Assembly (NCBI GenBank): GCA_036170915.1 | Contig: JAVHQC010000035.1 | Coordinates: 128,001-192,000 of the forward strand | From: Cyanobacteria bacterium auto_48_18 | Lineage (GTDB): Bacteria > Cyanobacteriota > Vampirovibrionia > Obscuribacterales > Obscuribacteraceae | Direction of reading: 5' to 3' | Length of the DNA stretch: 64,000 nt | Shown: positions 58,500 through 64,000 of the stretch, in pieces | How positions within the stretch are numbered: position 1 is the stretch's first letter | Layout: every line of letters begins with the position of its first letter | Translations under genes and position numbers: made by a program | Notes under the pieces: model-generated | The model's input: only the letters and a program-made list of their open reading frames with translations | Told to the model about the DNA's origin: nothing | Database searches by the model: none

Positions 58500-59477
58500 T
58501 TAGTTATGCTCGTGTAATTTACGCACTTCGCTGGTGAGCTTTGGCACCACTTCAAGCACATCGCCGACGATACCATAATTAGCAAATTTGAAAATCGGTG
58601 CATCAGGATCCTTATTGATGGCAACGATTACTTTAGATGACGACATGCCGGCCAAATGTTGAATAGCGCCTGATATTCCGCAAGCAAAATAAAGTTGCGG
58701 GCTTACAGTTTTGCCTGTCTGACCGACTTGAAATTGGTGATCGATCCAGCCTGCGTCCACAACTGCTCGAGAAGCACCAAGAGCCGCGCCAAGAGCGTCG
58801 CAAAGTGACTGGAGCACAGGCCAGTTTTCAGGCCCTTTAATGCCGCGTCCACCAGCGACAATAATGGCCGCCTCAGATAATTCAATTTTGGCACCTTCAG
58901 ATGCATGCACAGCCACAACCTTCGCCCGTACTTTATCAGCGCTGACAGCCATATCTTCAATACTGGCGCCGCTACCGTTAGCTTCGCCCACAGCAAACAC
59001 ATTTGGTCTTAAGGTTATGAAAGCCAGAGGGGCAGTAATTTCATAGACTCCCCAGCATTTGCCGGAATACATTGGTCGCACTGGTGAAATATTGTCGCCA
59101 TCTTGTTGTAAGGCCATAACGTCTGATACGCAAGGAGCATCAAGACGGGCAGCAACCCGAGGAATAAAATCTTTGGCCATAGCAGTGTGAGCTGCAAACA
59201 CAAATCGGGGATCAACTTTCTTCACTGCTTCAGCTGTTGCTTGAGCGAAAGCTTCGGTGGAATAACTGCTGAAAGAGTCACTATCAACCACTAATACAGT
59301 GTCAGGGCCATACTTTCCCACTTCAGCTGCCAGCTCTTTTACGCCGCTGCCAACTAATAAAGCTGTGACTTTTTGACCTTGAGCTCTACGCTTGGCTTCA
59401 CTCAATGCTTCAATGGAGGCTTTTCTCAGCTGGCCATTGCGTTGTTCAACGAAAACTAAAATACCTGATTGCGACAT
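58500..59477 (-). CDS. etfA: Electron transfer flavoprotein alpha subunit
   Basis: AGGRG, GASRAVVDAGW, QVGQTGK, GISGAIQHLAGM, AINKD.DAPIF. Confidence 0.96.
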   Translation of the reverse strand: MSQSGILVFVEQRNGQLRKASIEALSEAKRRAQGQKVTALLVGSGVKELAAEVGKYGPDTVLVVDSDSFSSYSTEAFAQATAEAVKKVDPRFVFAAHTAMAKDFIPRVAARLDAPCVSDVMALQQDGDNISPVRPMYSGKCWGVYEITAPLAFITLRPNVFAVGEANGSGASIEDMAVSADKVRAKVVAVHASEGAKIELSEAAIIVAGGRGIKGPENWPVLQSLCDALGAALGASRAVVDAGWIDHQFQVGQTGKTVSPQLYFACGISGAIQHLAGMSSSKVIVAINKDPDAPIFKFANYGIVGDVLEVVPKLTSEVRKLHEHN

Positions 59478-59502
59478 TTCTATTCTTCCTTTTAAATGAG
59501 TC

Positions 59503-60291
59503 TTAAAGCACGTGGGCTTCGCTATGCAAAAGGCTGACCAGCTCTTTCACTTGAGCGTCCATGTCGCCTTCAATTTTGCGGCCTTGCGGGCGATCTGGTG
59601 GCAACATCATCTCTTTGATGCGCACTTTCAATTGATCTCCGCCAACCGCACCTTTGACACCAAGGGCAGTGGCATCTTTAACAGCAATCTCTTTACGACG
59701 GGCAGCCATAACCCCCTTAATTCCGGGATATCTAGGCTCATTTAAACCTTTTTGCGTGCTGATTACCGCAGGAAGTGTTCCTTCAACAGATTCATGAGCG
59801 CCTTCAATTTCACGCTCAGCTTTAAAGGTTGTGCCTTCCACTTCGAACTTGAGCACCATAGTTGTCTGTGCCCAATCAAGCAATTCTGCAAGCATAGCCG
59901 GCACTTGACTGTTGTCACCACCGGCAGCCTGGTGGCCGCATAGCACCAGATCATAGCCACCATCTTTAATGGCGGCGGCCAACACCTTGGCTGTAGAGAG
60001 AGTGTCTAAAGAAGCAAAATCAGGGTCGCTCAAGTGCACTGCCGCATCGATGCCGCGGGCTAAGCTGTCGCGCAAGACATCAGTGCATTCCGCTCCGCCT
60101 AAAGAAATCACAGTGGTATCGCCTGTGTGCTTTTCTTTCAGCTTGAGTGCTTCTTCAATAGCAAACTCATCATACGGGCTCGTTATAAAACGAACGCCGG
60201 TATAGTCGATATTTTTCTTGTCTGCAGAAATGGCAATTTTGGTTTCTGTATCAGGCACGGCTTTAACGCAAACAGCAATCTTCAAGGCCAA
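59503..60291 (-). CDS. etfB: Electron transfer flavoprotein beta subunit
   Basis: VCVKAVPD, PYDEFAIEEAL, DLVLCG.QA, EREIEG, LNEPRY. Confidence 0.96.
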   Translation of the reverse strand: MALKIAVCVKAVPDTETKIAISADKKNIDYTGVRFITSPYDEFAIEEALKLKEKHTGDTTVISLGGAECTDVLRDSLARGIDAAVHLSDPDFASLDTLSTAKVLAAAIKDGGYDLVLCGHQAAGGDNSQVPAMLAELLDWAQTTMVLKFEVEGTTFKAEREIEGAHESVEGTLPAVISTQKGLNEPRYPGIKGVMAARRKEIAVKDATALGVKGAVGGDQLKVRIKEMMLPPDRPQGRKIEGDMDAQVKELVSLLHSEAHVL

Positions 60292-60321
60292 TCTCCTCAG
60301 TGCTAAAACTTGACAGGCAAG

Positions 60322-60327
60322 ATTATA
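60322..60327 (-). promoter_or_regulatory. Candidate -10 element for etfBA
   Basis: Minus strand ctcgTATAATct, about 30 nt upstream of the etfB start and its GAGGAG RBS. Confidence 0.4.
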
Positions 60328-60391
60328 CGAGCGGCCGCGCCCATAACTCGGATTATTACCAGGTTTCTTAATCAGCTGAAGACGCTAGATG

Positions 60392-61180
60392 TCACGATTC
60401 TTTTTCGGGGTCGACGGAAGGCCCATCACCAGGCGGATCAATCAGGTTATCCACAGTGCCGACGCTGTTTACTGCCGCCGGTGCCTCGCGACCACGGCCG
60501 CGCAAACCTTCGGCGGTGAGATAGCATTTTTCGTCATTGCACCAGACAATTTGATCAACCAGCTCATCCGGGTCATCAATTACAGTCAATAAATCGAGCT
60601 CATCTTCGCTCAGAAATCCTCTGGTGATAACTTCAGCCCTGAGCCAATCAAGCATAGGATTCCAGAATTTGGAGTCTACCAATATGATGGGAAAACGCTT
60701 GATTTTCTTCGTCTGTATTAAAGTGACAGTTTCAAAAAGTTCATCCAGGCTGCCAAAGCCCCCCGGCAAAATCACAAAGGCGACAGCATACTTGACAAAC
60801 ATAAGCTTGCGCAAAAAGAAATAGCGAAAGTCTAGAGATTTTGTCTGATAAGGGTTTGGACCCATTTCGCGAGAAAGGGAAATATTCAAACCCACCGAAG
60901 TGCCACCGGCAGCAAGGGCACCCTTATTACCTGCTTCCATGGCTCCAGGGCCACCACCAGTTATTACAGCAAAACCTTTTTCGGCAAGCTTCCGTCCTAT
61001 GGTTTCGCCGAGAATATAGACCGGATCATGGGGTTTGCAGCGGGCCGTGCCAAATATGGAAACGGCCGGACCAATTTGCGAAAGGTCATCAAAGCCTTCC
61101 ACCAGTTCTGCCATCATGCGAAACACACGCCAGGTATCTTTCGCCCCCATATCATCAAGAACATATTCCGAATCAGCCAC
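60392..61180 (-). CDS. LOG family nucleotide phosphoribohydrolase (TIGR00730-like)
   Basis: VSIFGTAR, ITGGGPGAMEAGN, FF.RK.MF, PGGFGSLDELFE. Confidence 0.92.
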   Translation of the reverse strand: MADSEYVLDDMGAKDTWRVFRMMAELVEGFDDLSQIGPAVSIFGTARCKPHDPVYILGETIGRKLAEKGFAVITGGGPGAMEAGNKGALAAGGTSVGLNISLSREMGPNPYQTKSLDFRYFFLRKLMFVKYAVAFVILPGGFGSLDELFETVTLIQTKKIKRFPIILVDSKFWNPMLDWLRAEVITRGFLSEDELDLLTVIDDPDELVDQIVWCNDEKCYLTAEGLRGRGREAPAAVNSVGTVDNLIDPPGDGPSVDPEKES

Positions 61181-61190
61181 TATTCACCTT

Positions 61191-62297
61191 TTACTTATTT
61201 AGTAATGCTTTTTTCTCTCTCAAATCACGCAGGAAGAAAACTTCCAGTGCGTGTTGATCTGGCATCTGACCAGTTTTTACTAACTGCTCCAGCCGGGTCA
61301 ATTCAAGGCGGCTCTTGACTAAAAGATCTGTAGAAACATGAGTTAGTTTTCTAACTTCTTTTTCCAACATGAACGGATTAGAACCCTTGAGATCAGCGGC
61401 CAGATGCTTGGCAAGATCTTGTGGCGCCAGCTCTCTGCGCTTTATACCTGGCCCGAAATTAGACTCTTTGTTGTACATTTCGCACAAGAGTTTGATTTGC
61501 ACCCACTTACTTACCATGGTCTGCATGGTGGCAATAATCTGCATCGAATTTTGATGGGCCAAAAGCTCACGTAAAGTAAGAAGTGTTTGTTTATGATTGC
61601 CCGAAAGCCAGTTGTCGGCCACGCTGAATATGCTTGAGTGGTGCGGGCTTAGCTGCCGCAGCACATTGAGACTAATAAATTTTTCCGGCAAAATATAAAC
61701 TGCCGCTTTTTCTATTTCAGAAGAAATCTGCCGCAGATTGGCTTCCAGACCTTCAATCAAATAATCAGCGGCTTCAGTTTCAATAGTGGCCTGGTGCCTT
61801 TTGGCCTCCATCTGACACCAGGTCTGAAGCTTGGGGCTGGTGCTGCCAGCCCAGACTTTTTCTCTTGGGAAAGATTCTAGTTTTGCGTGTTTTGATACCA
61901 GCTTCGAAAGACGCAAAGTGGTATCAAAATTATTGGTGCTAACAAAAATCAAATAGGTATTTGGGTGCACTGATGAAATGGCCGCTTCCAGACTATCTTC
62001 ATCAACAGCGTCTTTACTGGCTTTAGCTGAAGCCTTAGCAGCTTTCTTGGCCGAATCATCTTTACCTCCCGCTGACCGTTTTTTTGCAAACCAGTCACAG
62101 CGATCAATGATTATGAGCTTATTGCCAGGGCCAAATGGCAAAGAAGCAGCCATTTCAGCCACTGTTTGCGCCGGAGGATTATCAAGGCGAGAATAATTGA
62201 AACTGGCCCAGGCAGGGTCGAGCAAATCTGCCTTGAGTTCATCAAGCCGTCTGTAGAGCTGAAAATCTTCTTCGCCGGCCAAGATAATTACGGGCAT
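61191..62297 (-). CDS. holA: DNA polymerase III subunit delta
   Basis: ILAGEEDF, W..FNY..LD, LPFG.G.KLIII, NLRQI.SEIEK, L.L.RLE..VKTG. Confidence 0.88.
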   Translation of the reverse strand: MPVIILAGEEDFQLYRRLDELKADLLDPAWASFNYSRLDNPPAQTVAEMAASLPFGPGNKLIIIDRCDWFAKKRSAGGKDDSAKKAAKASAKASKDAVDEDSLEAAISSVHPNTYLIFVSTNNFDTTLRLSKLVSKHAKLESFPREKVWAGSTSPKLQTWCQMEAKRHQATIETEAADYLIEGLEANLRQISSEIEKAAVYILPEKFISLNVLRQLSPHHSSIFSVADNWLSGNHKQTLLTLRELLAHQNSMQIIATMQTMVSKWVQIKLLCEMYNKESNFGPGIKRRELAPQDLAKHLAADLKGSNPFMLEKEVRKLTHVSTDLLVKSRLELTRLEQLVKTGQMPDQHALEVFFLRDLREKKALLNK

Positions 62298-62319
62298 TTT
62301 TGCTTCTCAAATAAAATTA

Positions 62320-62961
62320 CTAATCGGAAATTCTTTCGCCAGTGGAAAGAAAATATACTCTTTTGGCAATGGAAGTACAGGCGTCGCCCATGCGTTCCAG
62401 AAAGCGTGAGCAAAAAAGAAACTGTGCTCGCATCTGTGCCTGGCCTGCTTCTTGCTCACCCAGGTTAGAAAGCAATTTCTTTGATAATACATCGTGCAAA
62501 TAATCCACGGTATTGTCGCTGGCCAAAATTTCTTTGGCTTTGGAGGCTGAGTCGGTAAGAAAACAAAGCAATAATTCTTGCACCATGTGATAAACAGCGG
62601 CAGCCATTTTCGGCAACTCATCAGGTATTTCTATTTCATCTTCAATGGCCCAGTTTGCAAACCTGGCCACTCGATTAGCATGATCGGCCAGCCTTTCGAA
62701 CTTTGCCGCAATCAAAGGAATACTAACCAGCGCGCGAATTTCTTTGGCACCGAACGTCTCTCGTTCAATCAGCATGTCTACACATTTTTCTTCAATTTCC
62801 TGGCAGAGTTTATTGATCTCTTCTTCCTGCCTTTCGATCATGGCAATATCTGCGCGCTTGTCGCCTTTGAGTAACCGTGTCACTTCGTAGACGGTAGTTT
62901 CAACCATACGCCCCAGCGTCAGCACTTCTTCTTTTATTAGTGTGATTGATTCTGTTTTCAC
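62320..62961 (-). CDS. phoU: Phosphate signalling protein PhoU
   Basis: Two PhoU repeats with ERLADHA and LERMGD; downstream of the phoR-phoB pair. Confidence 0.92.
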   Translation of the reverse strand: MKTESITLIKEEVLTLGRMVETTVYEVTRLLKGDKRADIAMIERQEEEINKLCQEIEEKCVDMLIERETFGAKEIRALVSIPLIAAKFERLADHANRVARFANWAIEDEIEIPDELPKMAAAVYHMVQELLLCFLTDSASKAKEILASDNTVDYLHDVLSKKLLSNLGEQEAGQAQMRAQFLFCSRFLERMGDACTSIAKRVYFLSTGERISD

Positions 62962-63002
62962 TAATTATCTCCGTCAACAAACAATTTTCAATTCTAGTCA
63001 AA

Positions 63003-63707
63003 TCAGTCACTGGGTAAATTCAGGCGATAACCTGAGCGATGAACGGTTTCAAGCAAAGTCGGATTTTTGGCATCGTGCTCAAGTTTTTGTCTCAGCCAGC
63101 GAACATGCACTGCTACGGTTTTTACATCACCATCAAAATCAGTGCCCCAGACGCGATCTAGCAAGGCTTCTGTAGACAGAGCTTTGCCTACATTTTGCAT
63201 CAACACTTTGAGCAATTTAAATTCTCTCGGCGCAAGTTCAATATTTTTGCCGCGAAAAGTTACGCGTCTAGCGTCTTCGTCGAGTATCAACGTGCCCAGT
63301 TCTATACGCCCTTTAGCCGACCGCGCTTTTTCTTTAAGAGTGCGGCGAATCAGTGCGTCGAGTCTCGCCAAAAGCTCAACCATGCTAAATGGTTTGACCA
63401 AATAGTCATCAGCGCCTTGAGACAAACCATGAGCAATATCAGCCGGCGCCGATCTTCCGGTGAGCATTAAAATTGGAATATCAGGAGCCTGGGCTCTAAT
63501 CAGTGCACATAAGTCAGGCCCTTTCATATCAGGCAGCATCCAGTCGAGAATGACTAAATCTGGCAATACTTCTGTGAAGCGGGCGAGGCCGATGGCACCG
63601 TTATTGAAAGCAGTAACTTCAAAACCGTGGCGAGTGAGATTGTATGTCAGAGTTTCGACGATGGTTTCATCGTCGTCTACTATCTGAATTTTGATTTTGC
63701 TCGACAT
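63003..63707 (-). CDS. phoB: OmpR/PhoB-family response regulator
   Basis: VDDD, LDWMLP, GADDYLVKPF, winged helix VHVRWLRQKLE. Context next to phoU. Confidence 0.85.
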   Translation of the reverse strand: MSSKIKIQIVDDDETIVETLTYNLTRHGFEVTAFNNGAIGLARFTEVLPDLVILDWMLPDMKGPDLCALIRAQAPDIPILMLTGRSAPADIAHGLSQGADDYLVKPFSMVELLARLDALIRRTLKEKARSAKGRIELGTLILDEDARRVTFRGKNIELAPREFKLLKVLMQNVGKALSTEALLDRVWGTDFDGDVKTVAVHVRWLRQKLEHDAKNPTLLETVHRSGYRLNLPSD

Positions 63708-63726
63708 TTTCTTTTGACCGGCTGAA

Positions 63727-63999
63727 TTACGGAAAGTCTATTCTAAATTTGGAGCCCAAGCCTTCTTGCGAAGTTACGGCAATCTTAGCACCGTGTAAAT
63801 CGACGATGTGTTTGACGATGGACAAACCAAGGCCTGTGCTGCCCCTTGTGCGGCCCCTGTCCACTCGGTAAAAACGTTGGAATATTTTGGGAATTTCAGC
63901 TTCGGCCATACCAATGCCTGAGTCTTGTACCTCAAGGTAAGGGGGCGGGCCGCCAGCGCGGATTACAACACTGCCTCCGGCCGGCGTAAATTTAATGGC
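63727..63999 (-). CDS. Sensor histidine kinase, C-terminal HATPase part (truncated by window end), probably PhoR
   Basis: AIKFTP..V.DSGIG (G1), IFQRFYRVD (F box), GLGLSIVKHIV..HG (G2). Confidence 0.88.
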   Translation of the reverse strand, partial: AIKFTPAGGSVVIRAGGPPPYLEVQDSGIGMAEAEIPKIFQRFYRVDRGRTRGSTGLGLSIVKHIVDLHGAKIAVTSQEGLGSKFRIDFP

Positions 64000-64000
64000 A

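Noticed and set aside
60447..60455. Perfect DnaA box ttatccaca
   Set aside because: Single copy inside a coding region, with no cluster or AT-rich unwinding element.

Overview
Gene-dense chromosomal window with about 60 CDS. I saw no rRNA, tRNA, CRISPR array, integrase or transposase. Several core proteins look cyanobacterial (MetK, a SigG-like ECF sigma, a UbiA-family protein, a Flv-type flavin reductase), yet there are no photosynthesis genes and no HIP1 enrichment. With the DUF4388/degenerate-GGDEF protein and the large orphan proteins, this suggests a non-photosynthetic cyanobacterial relative (Vampirovibrionia/Melainabacteria, probably Obscuribacterales); this is an inference. Housekeeping genes include argS, metK, rpiB, rpe, pfk, sucCD, ribD, def, cobU, fabF, cysE, ispG, etfBA, holA and phoR-phoB-phoU. 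Most notable: (1) a tightly coupled minus-strand lipid-modification operon resembling the Rhodobacter furan-fatty-acid pathway, extended by a desaturase, sua5, DUF1295, a second methyltransferase and a heme oxygenase; (2) an ECF sigma operon whose anti-sigma carries three complete tandem zinc-binding (ZAS) domains; (3) an OLD-type TOPRIM nuclease without an ATPase, coupled to a small membrane protein and near a short RadC/JAB gene; (4) several stand-alone or degenerate modules (WYL without HTH, RapZ C-terminal domain only, degenerate acyl-CoA dehydrogenase); (5) a candidate switchable RNA in the metK leader; (6) a 1895-aa repeat-rich orphan protein. All family assignments come from motif recognition by eye, not from database searches.
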